DNA from: a virus
Direction: 5' to 3' (one strand)
DNA length: 64,000 bases
IMG/VR virus record: IMGVR_UViG_3300020530_000006
The notes under the pieces were generated by a model. It saw only the letters and a list, made by a program, of their open reading frames with translations. It was not told the origin of the DNA and ran no database searches. The translations under genes were made by a program, and so were the position numbers. This document shows, piece after piece, positions 18,933-28,350 of the stretch. How positions within the stretch are numbered: position 1 is the stretch's first letter; every line of letters starts with the position of its first letter.

Positions 18933-19989
18933 TTTAAATTGTCCAATAAATTTTACTGGCTATGGTATAACATCATTTAATATATACAAATGTTTAAGAG
19001 AAAAACTTGATATCTGTTTATTCCCAATAGGTGGCGCACAAGTAGATTCTCAAGAATATGCTGCTATGTTATCTCACGACATGGGGAAACAAGACACTTT
19101 TAATAATGAGGATACGTGTCTAAAGATATGGCATCAATTTGATTTGGCGAACAGAATAGGCAATAAAAAATATGGAGCCCTAACATTTTTTGAAACCGAC
19201 AAACTCAAACCAAAAGAAGTTAGGATGATAAACAACCTAGACACCATCTTTGTCGCGTCAAATTGGGCAAAAGATATTTTAATAAATAACGGCATCAATA
19301 TTCCTATTATTGTTAGCCCATTAGGAGTAGATCCCAATATTTTTAATGATTCAGTAAATAACTTAGTAAAGAAAGATACTGATAAATATATTTTTCTAAA
19401 TATAGGCAAGTGGGAGATTAGAAAAGGACACGATGTTTTACTCGATATTTTTAATGAAGCGTTTGATGAAAAAGATAACGTTGAACTATGGATGTTAAAT
19501 CACAATCCATTTTTATCTCAAGAAGATAATAACACATGGATAACTCTATATAAAAATAGCAAACTAGGATCCAAAATTAAAATTTTACCAAGAATTAATC
19601 TTCATTCAGATGTTGCTAAGTTAATAGCATTATCTGATTGTGGTATTTTTCCCGCAAGGGCAGAAGGATGGAACAATGAGATACCAGAGTTCTTTGCCTT
19701 AAATAAGCCAGTAATCTGCACAAATTATTCAGCACATACAGAATATTGCGATAAAAATAATTCTTTCCTCATTGATATAGACGGGCTTACTCCTGCTATA
19801 GACAATAAATTTTTCGACGGATTTGGTAATTGGGCTGATTTTGGCGATAATCAAATCGAACAAACCATAGAACACATGAGATATGTGTATAAAAATAATG
19901 TTAAAACTAATCAAGCTGGTTTGGAAAAATCCAAAACATTAGCTTGGTCTAATACAGCCAATATTATATACAATCATCTATTCGGATAA
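18919..19989 (+). CDS. glycosyltransferase family 4
   Basis: TGYG, FLNIGKWEIRKGHD, FPARAEGW...E, TNYSAHTEY. Confidence 0.88.
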   Translation: MQKLNLNCPINFTGYGITSFNIYKCLREKLDICLFPIGGAQVDSQEYAAMLSHDMGKQDTFNNEDTCLKIWHQFDLANRIGNKKYGALTFFETDKLKPKEVRMINNLDTIFVASNWAKDILINNGINIPIIVSPLGVDPNIFNDSVNNLVKKDTDKYIFLNIGKWEIRKGHDVLLDIFNEAFDEKDNVELWMLNHNPFLSQEDNNTWITLYKNSKLGSKIKILPRINLHSDVAKLIALSDCGIFPARAEGWNNEIPEFFALNKPVICTNYSAHTEYCDKNNSFLIDIDGLTPAIDNKFFDGFGNWADFGDNQIEQTIEHMRYVYKNNVKTNQAGLEKSKTLAWSNTANIIYNHLFG

Positions 19990-19993
19990 TACT

Positions 19994-20653
19994 ATGCCAA
20001 TACCATCAAGAAAACAAAACGAAGATAGAAACGTATACATATCTCGCTGCATGGGTAACGAGACAATGAAAAAAGAATATCCAGATCAAAAACAAAGAGT
20101 CGCTATTTGTCTTGGTCAGACACGAACCAAAAAAAGCTCTGGAGGAATTTTTAGTCAAGCACTAGAAATTTTAGGCTTTACATTGGGTTGTGAAGAATGT
20201 GATGGTTATGAAGAAACTCTTGATCACTCAAATATTGTAATACCAGCAAAAGAAGACTATGTTGATTTTGGAGAAGCAACAGAAGAATACGATCTTTCAA
20301 CATTAGCCGCTTATATGTATAAAAACCCAAGAACCGGAGAGATGTATTACTATGATATGCGTGGTGCCTATACAAAAGACGGTAAATCTTTAGTCTATGT
20401 TGGTAAGGCTAGTGAATATCAAGGACGAAAAGTTACTTTAAATAAACCTTTCAGAACACCAAGCGGTCCAAAAAAAATGAGTGTTTATGTTAAAAATGAA
20501 AAAGGTAATGTAGTTAAAGTAAATTTTGGCGACCCAAATATGAAAATTAAGAAAAATATTCCCGAAAGAAGAAAAAGTTTTAGAGCAAGACATAACTGTG
20601 AGAATCCTGGACCAAAGTGGAAAGCAAGATATTGGTCTTGCAAAGCTTGGTAA
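19994..20653 (+). CDS. multi-module phage protein (C-terminal basic domain, DUF6321-like)
   Basis: N-module ISRCM..EYPDQKQRVAIC; C-module LNKPFR..VNFGDP..RRKSFRARHNC..ARYWSCKAW. Confidence 0.7.
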   Translation: MPIPSRKQNEDRNVYISRCMGNETMKKEYPDQKQRVAICLGQTRTKKSSGGIFSQALEILGFTLGCEECDGYEETLDHSNIVIPAKEDYVDFGEATEEYDLSTLAAYMYKNPRTGEMYYYDMRGAYTKDGKSLVYVGKASEYQGRKVTLNKPFRTPSGPKKMSVYVKNEKGNVVKVNFGDPNMKIKKNIPERRKSFRARHNCENPGPKWKARYWSCKAW

Positions 20654-20665
20654 TACCCCTATAAT
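20638..20665 (+). promoter_or_regulatory. sigma70-type promoter
   Basis: TTGCAA-N16-TATAAT upstream of GGAG SD and ATG 20684. Confidence 0.6.
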
Positions 20666-20683
20666 ATACGGAGAATAATTATT

Positions 20684-21166
20684 ATGAATGATCGCATCAA
20701 AGATATACTTAGTTCTATTAACAAAACTCTTTCAGAAACAACCAAGGCAGAAGATATAGACTTTACAAAAGTTGAAGATATGGAAGTAGAAAGTCCAGAA
20801 ATGGAATTGATGGAATATAAGTATGATTTCTATCAAATGAGCCTAGGCTCGATAAAGTCTATTGCAAAACATGCTCAGGCAATAGTAGACGCTCTAGAAA
20901 ATCCTTCTGTAAAGGAAGGCTTGACAGAAAGTTGGTTACAAGGTAAAATCGCTGTGACAGAAGATTATATGATTACTATCCACAATTTCCTCATGTTCGG
21001 TGAAACAGAAACCGATACAGAAGGAGCGGAAGCAGCAAAGAATCTTCCTGGCCTGTGGGAAAACATTCGTAAGAAAAGAGAACGCATGGGTAAAAAATAT
21101 AAACCAGCAAAACCAGGAGACAAAGATAGACCAGATCCAGAGCAGTGGAAAAAATTAACTAAATAA
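20684..21166 (+). CDS. multi-module phage protein
   Basis: WLQGKIAVTEDYM helical module and GLWENIRKKRER..KPGDKDRP basic module. Confidence 0.75.
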   Translation: MNDRIKDILSSINKTLSETTKAEDIDFTKVEDMEVESPEMELMEYKYDFYQMSLGSIKSIAKHAQAIVDALENPSVKEGLTESWLQGKIAVTEDYMITIHNFLMFGETETDTEGAEAAKNLPGLWENIRKKRERMGKKYKPAKPGDKDRPDPEQWKKLTK

Positions 21167-21219
21167 GTAAAAAGTTAATTTAAAAAGAGTTTAGGACAAC
21201 TTCTTAATAAAGGAAATAT

Positions 21220-21876
21220 ATGATACCATCCGTTGGTAAACCGAAGATTTTATATCAAGACCATAAAAATATTAAATTCGAATCTCTAGATTTTTATATT
21301 AACTTAGCCAAAAAGATTATATCTAAAATGGCTCCAACATTTTTTTCTGGACTTTCCAAAGAAATGTTAAAAAATGAGGACGCAATATCGTTTGTTGCTA
21401 ATGCAATAATGATGGGTGATTGGAGATGGAAAAAAGATACAATTAAAGATAATTCCAATGAAGAGAAACAATATAAGACACTCTATTCATATAGGAATCA
21501 ATGCGGCATATGGGCTATACAAACATATGTAACCAAAAGATATAAACAAAATAATAGTTCTAAAAAAATAAAAGAGAAGTACTCAATTAATTATACAGAC
21601 GATAACGATGTTTCGCTAGAAAGCGTTATTGCTGATCATTCTCAAATTGAGCCAGTAGACAAAATTATTGAGGAAGAAAAAAATAATAATATCAAATCTT
21701 TGATAGAGCAACTGTTTAATACAGATATCCTATCTGATAAACAAAAAGACCAAGTTAAGATGTACTATTATGATAATATGACATTAGAACAAATTGGCAG
21801 AGTTCAAGGAGTAACTAGAGAGGCAGTTAGGCAAAGTATTAAAACAGCCATATCTAAAATTAGGACTCTTATATGA
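21220..21876 (+). CDS. phage sigma-70-family factor
   Basis: Region 4 HTH LSDKQKDQVKMYYYDNMTLEQIGRVQGVTREAVRQ; region 2-like helices (YSYRNQCGIWAI). Confidence 0.8.
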   Translation: MIPSVGKPKILYQDHKNIKFESLDFYINLAKKIISKMAPTFFSGLSKEMLKNEDAISFVANAIMMGDWRWKKDTIKDNSNEEKQYKTLYSYRNQCGIWAIQTYVTKRYKQNNSSKKIKEKYSINYTDDNDVSLESVIADHSQIEPVDKIIEEEKNNNIKSLIEQLFNTDILSDKQKDQVKMYYYDNMTLEQIGRVQGVTREAVRQSIKTAISKIRTLI

Positions 21877-22304
21877 AACAAATAAAAATTCTTCACCTGA
21901 TTTTTTCATATGATTTAAAAAATAAAAATACCTATATATTATCTACCAATAGTGATGATATTATTGTTCCATATTCAATTATAGATAAGCCTATTTTTAT
22001 TCAAGAGCAAATAAAAACAACAATATTAGGTTTTTTTCAAGATCCAACTATAAAAAATATAATTGATATAGATGTCTGTATGTTGGAAATTCAGAATGAT
22101 CTTTTAATGAGATACATTGAAGACAATAATGACAAATACTCATATGATCAAAATGAAGATTTATGTATGTTGTCCAGCACTATTATGTTAGATAAAAACT
22201 TCTCTATGTTAAATTGGCTACCAATAGAATTTGAAACAGATCTATCAAAAAAGAAATCGGTAGACTTTTTAATTGATGATACGCTAAAAAGAATTTCTTT
22301 ATAA
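21873..22304 (+). CDS. hypothetical protein
   Basis: 143 aa, ATGA overlap. Confidence 0.7.
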   Translation: MKQIKILHLIFSYDLKNKNTYILSTNSDDIIVPYSIIDKPIFIQEQIKTTILGFFQDPTIKNIIDIDVCMLEIQNDLLMRYIEDNNDKYSYDQNEDLCMLSSTIMLDKNFSMLNWLPIEFETDLSKKKSVDFLIDDTLKRISL

Positions 22305-22305
22305 T

Positions 22306-22707
22306 ATGCTAAAAAATATCTTTAATCTTTTTTCAAAAACTAAAAAAGAAGACCATTCAAAAGATAATCAAGACCTATATAATAAAAACGATCTTTTTAA
22401 TATCTTAATTTCTTTGAATGAAAAATTTGAAATAGATCTTGTTGTTTATATAAAAGACACTCAACATAATTCTCTTACAGAGATAGAACACGCTGTGGTT
22501 TGTTCTGAATTTTTGAATAGTTCTTTTACTAATAAAATAAAAGACCAAATTCTTGAAATAATCAATAAGCAAATAAAAAACGAAGACAATTCATCTCTTA
22601 TAGAAAACATATGTTTGGTAGACCAAATTACTCACAACACCAAAGATAATAGTAATGATGACGTATTTATACAACCGTCCCAAGTTTTTAGTAAGTATTT
22701 AACATGA
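22306..22707 (+). CDS. hypothetical protein
   Basis: 133 aa, tightly packed. Confidence 0.7.
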   Translation: MLKNIFNLFSKTKKEDHSKDNQDLYNKNDLFNILISLNEKFEIDLVVYIKDTQHNSLTEIEHAVVCSEFLNSSFTNKIKDQILEIINKQIKNEDNSSLIENICLVDQITHNTKDNSNDDVFIQPSQVFSKYLT

Positions 22708-23114
22708 AAGATATTCCAACTATAATGTGGGAAAAATGGAAAGATCCTTTCGGTATTGATGATCAATTAGATTCAGATACAGATGATGACTATATAGATA
22801 GTTTTGAGGAAGAAAATTACGAGACGCAAAATAAAAAAATTAAGTGTCAAATAATAGCGACACCATTTGGCATTATTCCTATTAACGAAAATACGGCTTC
22901 AGGATCTATATTTAATTTTTGGAATGGACATACAAATTTTGCTATAACAAAAGGTGTTGCCAAAATAATTGAAAATACAATTGGTGTAGAAACCATAAAT
23001 ATTTTTACAAAATATAGATTTAGAATAGCTATTGGTAAAGCATTTAGCGACTCTAAAGTAATGAGACAAATTAATAATAATGTTTATAATTACATAGAAA
23101 ATAGTCATGTCTAA
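22704..23114 (+). CDS. hypothetical protein
   Basis: WEKWKDP, FWNGHTNF, YRFRIAIGKAF; coupled ORF. Confidence 0.75.
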   Translation: MKDIPTIMWEKWKDPFGIDDQLDSDTDDDYIDSFEEENYETQNKKIKCQIIATPFGIIPINENTASGSIFNFWNGHTNFAITKGVAKIIENTIGVETINIFTKYRFRIAIGKAFSDSKVMRQINNNVYNYIENSHV

Positions 23115-23790
23115 CTCAACATCCAATAAAGAAAACGAATTCGAACTCAGCAATATTCATAATTATAATATTGATACAAAACATAGAGAACTGTATTTGC
23201 ATTCATATTTAGATGTAGAAGAAGAGGGTGGAGTAGACTTTAGATCGGCTATTCTTTTTGAAAAAAATATTAGATATTTAAATTCCTTATCTATAGAACC
23301 TATATTGGTTCATATGCACCTTCCTGGCGGTGTTTGGGGTGATTGCATGGGCATCTACGATTGCATAAAACTTTCTAAATCAAAGATTATTATATTAGCC
23401 TATGGTAGTGTGGAATCGGCCAGTAGTGTTATATTACAGTCGGCGGATTTGAGAATTTTAATGCCAAATACCAATGTATTAATTCACTACGGATCTATTA
23501 GTGTTGATAACGAACATAAGGCCGCTTTGAGTTGGGTTCAATGGAGTGAAAAAGAAAGCGAAAAAATGATAGATATTTTTACAGAAAAATATATTGATAG
23601 CGATTTAGCCAAAGCAAAAAACTTAAAAAAAATGATGGCAAAAAAACATATAATAGCCCAATTAGCTAATAAATGCGACTGGATACTCACAGCACAAGAA
23701 GCTGTCAACTATAATTTTGCCGACGGTGTACTTGGTAGTAAGAGATATACAAGTATAGAGTCGTTAAAAGATATAGTGAAGAAAAAATAA
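23107..23790 (+). CDS. clpP: ClpP-family serine protease
   Basis: LPGG..GMxIYD-like segment, GSVESAS (Ser), LIHYG (His), DWILTAQEAVNYNFAD (Asp). Confidence 0.85.
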   Translation: MSNSTSNKENEFELSNIHNYNIDTKHRELYLHSYLDVEEEGGVDFRSAILFEKNIRYLNSLSIEPILVHMHLPGGVWGDCMGIYDCIKLSKSKIIILAYGSVESASSVILQSADLRILMPNTNVLIHYGSISVDNEHKAALSWVQWSEKESEKMIDIFTEKYIDSDLAKAKNLKKMMAKKHIIAQLANKCDWILTAQEAVNYNFADGVLGSKRYTSIESLKDIVKKK

Positions 23791-24437
23791 TGAATATAGA
23801 ATACAATCTATATAATATAGACTATAATGAAATAGAGCTTAAGGCAAAAATAGAAGAAGCTATTAAATATAGCGTCTCCTCGATATCAGTACCATTTGCT
23901 TATACTAAACTATGCAAGTCTCTAGTCAAAGATACCGGAATTAAGATAGCGAACCCAATAGACTATCCATTAGGTATTATGGATACTAATTCGAGAGGAT
24001 TTGCTATAAAAAACGCTATAGATAACGGCGCACAAAAAATTAATATAGTTATTCAAAATAATCTATTATGTTCAAAAAAATATGATAAAATAAAACAAGA
24101 TATACAAAACAATAATAACATTTGCACAGAAAAAAATGTAGACCTGAACTATTATGTAGAGTATAGAACTTTTACCCACCAGTCTCTGATCAAAGCCTGT
24201 GCAATATTATTAGAAAACAATATACAAAAAGCATATGTTTCTACTGGTTTTATGCTAGATAATCCAGAAGATAATCTTATCGCGACAGTTTTATTGAAAG
24301 ATAAATCAAAAATACAAACAATTTTTACAGGAAACATCTGGACGGTTAAGCATGTGGAAAATTTAAGAAAAAATAATATTTCTTATGTATGCACCAATAG
24401 TATTGAAAGTATAAAACTAATTCATAAATATCTATAA
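23790..24437 (+). CDS. DeoC (deoxyribose-phosphate aldolase)-like protein, catalytic residues degenerate
   Basis: IDYPLG, AIDNGAQKINIV, YVSTGF; KTSTG Lys absent. Confidence 0.75.
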   Translation: MNIEYNLYNIDYNEIELKAKIEEAIKYSVSSISVPFAYTKLCKSLVKDTGIKIANPIDYPLGIMDTNSRGFAIKNAIDNGAQKINIVIQNNLLCSKKYDKIKQDIQNNNNICTEKNVDLNYYVEYRTFTHQSLIKACAILLENNIQKAYVSTGFMLDNPEDNLIATVLLKDKSKIQTIFTGNIWTVKHVENLRKNNISYVCTNSIESIKLIHKYL

Positions 24438-24443
24438 TTTATA

Positions 24444-25724
24444 ATGTCAATTTTCATCAGTATAGCGTCATATAGAGATCCTGAGACTATCCCAACTATT
24501 ATTGACGCATATAATAAATCTAAATATAAAGATCAACTAAAATTTGGGGTTCTTCTTCAAGAAGATCAAGGTTTTTCCAAAAAAGAACTACTGTCGTCTG
24601 GTATTAATATAGAATTTTTAGATTATGATTGGAGAGAAAGCCAAGGAACTTGTTGGGCAAGAAATACTATTCAAAAATTGTTGTTCAATAACGAAGAATA
24701 TTATTTACAACTTGATTCACATCATAGATTTTGTGAAAATTGGGACGAAAAATTAATTGAAATGTTTGAAGAAACACAAAAGACATACTCTAAGCCAATT
24801 ATTGGAGGATATTGTCCGGGCTATGTTCCAAAAAATGATAAAAATTTGGAACAAAAACCTATGAGAATTGCTTCTTTTGCAGACTTTACCGATCTTGGCG
24901 ACCTAATGTTTATTCCCAAAGTTATTAAAGATTATCAAAAACTACAAAATAAAAAGATAAAACTAATAAAAGCACGATTCTTATCCGGGCACTTTATATT
25001 TGCTGGACAAACTTTTGTTAAAGAATGTATATATGATCCAAATATGTATTTTAGAGGAGAAGAAATAAGTCTATCTGCTAGAGCATATACTAATGGTTAC
25101 GATTTTTTTCATCCAACAACACCAATAGTTTGGCATGAATATCTTAGAACGGAACAAATCAAGCATTGGGACGACCACACAAAAGAAAATGGTTTTATAG
25201 TAACGTCTGAAAATAGATCTAATATAGGTAAACAAAGAGCTAGACATTTATTAGGAATGGAAAAAAACTCTACCAAGTTTGGCAAATATGGTCTTGGAGA
25301 CAAAAGGACTTTGCATGAATATGAATTATATGCTGGATTAAATTTTGGACAAAGACTTATTCATAAGGATACCTACGATATTAATGACACATGTAAAGAG
25401 CCATATCCCATGACAGAAGAGGAGTGGTCATCTGGCATGCTCAGTAAATATTCTGTAGAATTTGATATGCCAAATAACTATATGTTAAATCTGATAGATA
25501 AAAATGTGAATTCACTAGCTATAATTTTACACGATAGCAAAGACAATATTTCTTATAGAAAAGATATTAGAAAAAATGATTTTAAAAATTTTAATACCAA
25601 TATTTTAAGATTGATAGGAAGTATGGAGTCGAAACCACATAGAGTAACACTGATACCATTTTTAGAAAACAAATCATCACTACAAACACAAGTAATAAGA
25701 TCAATAAGGATAGCAAATGAATAA
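24444..25724 (+). CDS. GT60-like polypeptide GlcNAc-transferase
   Basis: IFISIASYRDPE, GTCWAR, LQLDSHHRF, FRGEEISLSARAYTNGYD, YGLG..RTL..YE. Confidence 0.85.
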   Translation: MSIFISIASYRDPETIPTIIDAYNKSKYKDQLKFGVLLQEDQGFSKKELLSSGINIEFLDYDWRESQGTCWARNTIQKLLFNNEEYYLQLDSHHRFCENWDEKLIEMFEETQKTYSKPIIGGYCPGYVPKNDKNLEQKPMRIASFADFTDLGDLMFIPKVIKDYQKLQNKKIKLIKARFLSGHFIFAGQTFVKECIYDPNMYFRGEEISLSARAYTNGYDFFHPTTPIVWHEYLRTEQIKHWDDHTKENGFIVTSENRSNIGKQRARHLLGMEKNSTKFGKYGLGDKRTLHEYELYAGLNFGQRLIHKDTYDINDTCKEPYPMTEEEWSSGMLSKYSVEFDMPNNYMLNLIDKNVNSLAIILHDSKDNISYRKDIRKNDFKNFNTNILRLIGSMESKPHRVTLIPFLENKSSLQTQVIRSIRIANE

Positions 25725-26436
25725 AGTACTTTTTATTGCAAAATTTAACGAAGCGAATAGTTACAACTCTGTTTCCATGTCTAAACAGATACCAAAAAAT
25801 AAACTTTTGTGTTTTTTTAATGATTATAAATCATATGAGTTATTTAGTAAGATTATTCTTAGCGATAATAATCTTGCTAAAATAATAGATCTTAACTTAA
25901 ACATAACAAATATGATAAACGAATATAAAAATACTTATTCTCATTTTATTTTTATTCATTATTCAGACATAGTGTTTGACGAAGAAAAAATAGTTGCAAT
26001 AGCTAATGGTGTTAAAAATGAACCTGTTGGTATTTATATAGAAGATAAACATATGGCTACAATAGCAAGATACGAAGATCTTATAGAACTAAATAGAAAA
26101 CATTGTCAGTATAAAAACTTGTTCAAAGAGATAAAAAATATAACGCCTAAAAAACACATTGTGGGACACGATATTATTGATCATAAAAATATTCCAGATA
26201 TAATAAATTATGAAAACGATAAATGTCTATTTGCTTTTTTTAACGAACGCAAAGATCTTGGATTAGTTCAAAGTTATTGCTTTTTTAATAAAAATAACCA
26301 AAAAATATATAATATTGACAATAATGTTCTGGGAACCGTTATACAACATACTGATAATGACATAACTATTGAATGGAATTTGGATAGTAGCGATACGTCT
26401 TGTGTGTATGCTAACGAAAATGGTTGTTTTATTTAA
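25717..26436 (+). CDS. hypothetical protein
   Basis: 239 aa ORF coupled to GT60. Confidence 0.65.
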   Translation: MNKVLFIAKFNEANSYNSVSMSKQIPKNKLLCFFNDYKSYELFSKIILSDNNLAKIIDLNLNITNMINEYKNTYSHFIFIHYSDIVFDEEKIVAIANGVKNEPVGIYIEDKHMATIARYEDLIELNRKHCQYKNLFKEIKNITPKKHIVGHDIIDHKNIPDIINYENDKCLFAFFNERKDLGLVQSYCFFNKNNQKIYNIDNNVLGTVIQHTDNDITIEWNLDSSDTSCVYANENGCFI

Positions 26437-26482
26437 AATGGCTAAATTACTAATGAAAAGTTTTCAAATATTTTAACTTAAT

Positions 26483-26500
26483 GTGTATACTAAAATAGTA
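26483..26500 (+). promoter_or_regulatory. candidate late-promoter motif
   Basis: GTGTATACTAAAATAGTA upstream of strong AAGGAG SD and a putative structural gene. Confidence 0.4.
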
Positions 26501-26531
26501 AAAGCCAAATATTACAAGGAGCATTCTCATT

Positions 26532-27056
26532 ATGGCAACACAACAAGTAAATGGTAGCGCAGTAACAGCGACATCAACCAACAACAGGGGTGGTGCGGTT
26601 GTTAATGGCGGCACAACCACAATTTTAGATCAAGTTAGTTTAGGCTATTCCAATGTTGGTGTTTTTGGTTCTTCTGTTGCAGACGGCACTGATACAGATA
26701 AGGCCTTAAGTGCTGGTACTTTCTCTTTTAACAACAGAGGTCCAATCGCTAAAAGAGTAACAGAATCTTTATCTGGCGTAACAAATACTGTATTGCGAAG
26801 TGGTGCTGATCAACCACAATTAATTAGAAGTATTCACAAGCTAGAAGTTGTTAGAACACGTAGATTAACAACAGCTATTCGTGCTGGTTCCTGGAATATC
26901 TACAGTGGTACTTTCACTAGTACTCCAACAGTCGCTGTAGACACCTTTGCGTCAGACGATGCGGCTAATCCAAGTAGAAGTTCTCCTGGTGAACTAACAT
27001 ATATGACCGGTTCACCAAATCCAGTAAATGATGATTACAAAGCCAAAACAGGCTGA
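26532..27056 (+). CDS. putative virion structural protein
   Basis: G/S/T/A/V-rich composition, strong SD, own terminator. Confidence 0.65.
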   Translation: MATQQVNGSAVTATSTNNRGGAVVNGGTTTILDQVSLGYSNVGVFGSSVADGTDTDKALSAGTFSFNNRGPIAKRVTESLSGVTNTVLRSGADQPQLIRSIHKLEVVRTRRLTTAIRAGSWNIYSGTFTSTPTVAVDTFASDDAANPSRSSPGELTYMTGSPNPVNDDYKAKTG

Positions 27057-27085
27057 GTTTATCATAAATATATTATTTTATAGAA

Positions 27086-27121
27086 ATAGGCCATAGAGTA
27101 ATTCTATGGCTTATTTTTTTT
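27086..27121 (+). terminator. rho-independent terminator
   Basis: Stem GCCATAGA/TCTATGGC with 5-nt loop followed by T8. Confidence 0.85.
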
Positions 27122-27163
27122 AGTGTATTATTATACGTGTCGCCACCATTATGGATCACCAAT

Positions 27164-27487
27164 ATGAATGAACAGATACTCCATTTTTGGCAATCTTTAG
27201 CCACAGCGTCTATCGGTATCATAGTAACATTAATTGGGTTTTGGGTAAGTATCGGGAAAAAAATTGTTACTAAAGAAGAAATTACAAAAATGATTCAAAA
27301 TGAAACCCCATACTGTAAAGATAGAGAATTTATTATGGAGAGGTTGGCTACTAATAAAGAAACACAAGTGGCACTATCTATAACGCTTCAAAAAGTTATA
27401 GAAGTAATGCATGAATTAAAAATTCAAATAGCAACACTAGGTAAAACACTTGAAGCTCTAGAAGAAAGAATAGAAAGAAAAACTTAG
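27164..27487 (+). CDS. membrane protein with C-terminal coiled coil
   Basis: TM LATASIGIIVTLIGFWVSI; heptad-like C-terminus. Confidence 0.75.
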   Translation: MNEQILHFWQSLATASIGIIVTLIGFWVSIGKKIVTKEEITKMIQNETPYCKDREFIMERLATNKETQVALSITLQKVIEVMHELKIQIATLGKTLEALEERIERKT

Positions 27488-27497
27488 GAGATAAATT

Positions 27498-27695
27498 ATG
27501 GCAAATGATATACAAGCAGCAGTTAGTGGTGTTGTTGTTAAAAACGGAACAGTAGTAGTTTCATGTACCGAAACTGGTGAGTATTCAACCATAGATACTT
27601 ATGTTAAAAACACACCGACAATAAGCGATATCGAAGCAAAGTATGATAGTAGATTTGACGAGCCAAGATACTATAGTGGAGATAATGATTCATGA
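27498..27695 (+). CDS. hypothetical protein
   Basis: 65 aa, AGGAG SD. Confidence 0.7.
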   Translation: MANDIQAAVSGVVVKNGTVVVSCTETGEYSTIDTYVKNTPTISDIEAKYDSRFDEPRYYSGDNDS

Positions 27696-28054
27696 AATTA
27701 AAACCAGGATATAAAACTAGTGAATTTTGGTTCACAGTAGTTAGTTTTATTTTTAGTGGTTTATATTTAACTGGTCTTATTTCAGAAAATGACCAAAAAG
27801 AGGAACTTATAACGATAGTTACTCATGCTGTAGAATCGTGTATATTAATTGGTGGACAGTTGATTATTCTTTATAAATATGTAAATGGTAGAACAAAAAT
27901 TAAACAACAATTCGAAACGAAAGAAGTAGCTCATGAGCCAGATCAAAGTAGTAAAACCACTAGTCAGCCAAGACCTAATAAAAACAGAAGTAGAAAACCT
28001 AATACTAAACGTAAAAAACAGCCTAGCAACAGTAAAAAGATTAGCGGTAAATGA
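27692..28054 (+). CDS. holin-like membrane protein
   Basis: KPGYKTSEFW N-terminus, two hydrophobic helices, highly basic C-tail. Confidence 0.6.
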   Translation: MKLKPGYKTSEFWFTVVSFIFSGLYLTGLISENDQKEELITIVTHAVESCILIGGQLIILYKYVNGRTKIKQQFETKEVAHEPDQSSKTTSQPRPNKNRSRKPNTKRKKQPSNSKKISGK

Positions 28055-28349
28055 GGCTTGGAAGATTCTGCAACTAGCAACAGCTAGTGTTATTCAAATT
28101 ATAGAAAAATTAGGCCACGATATTAGTAGTCCAGATAAAAAAGCCCTGGCTATGGAACTACTTAATAAGTTTTATGATAGTGTTTTTGTTGTTGTTGACA
28201 TTCCTGTTGTTCCAAATTTTTTAGAACCTATTATACATAAGTACGTCAAAGCGTTTTTGATGATACTAGTAAGCGCAACAATAGATGCTCTTGTTACAAC
28301 GTTTAGAAACACGGGCGTATTTATTAAAAAAATGAATGAGGGGACTTGA
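27933..28349 (+). CDS. hypothetical protein
   Basis: 138 aa; KKxLA...DIPVVPNFLE pattern. Confidence 0.7.
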   Translation: MSQIKVVKPLVSQDLIKTEVENLILNVKNSLATVKRLAVNEAWKILQLATASVIQIIEKLGHDISSPDKKALAMELLNKFYDSVFVVVDIPVVPNFLEPIIHKYVKAFLMILVSATIDALVTTFRNTGVFIKKMNEGT

Positions 28350-28350
28350 T

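Noticed and set aside
21873-22304. Possible NUDIX-fold protein
   Set aside because: No Nudix box; only a vague beta-strand pattern
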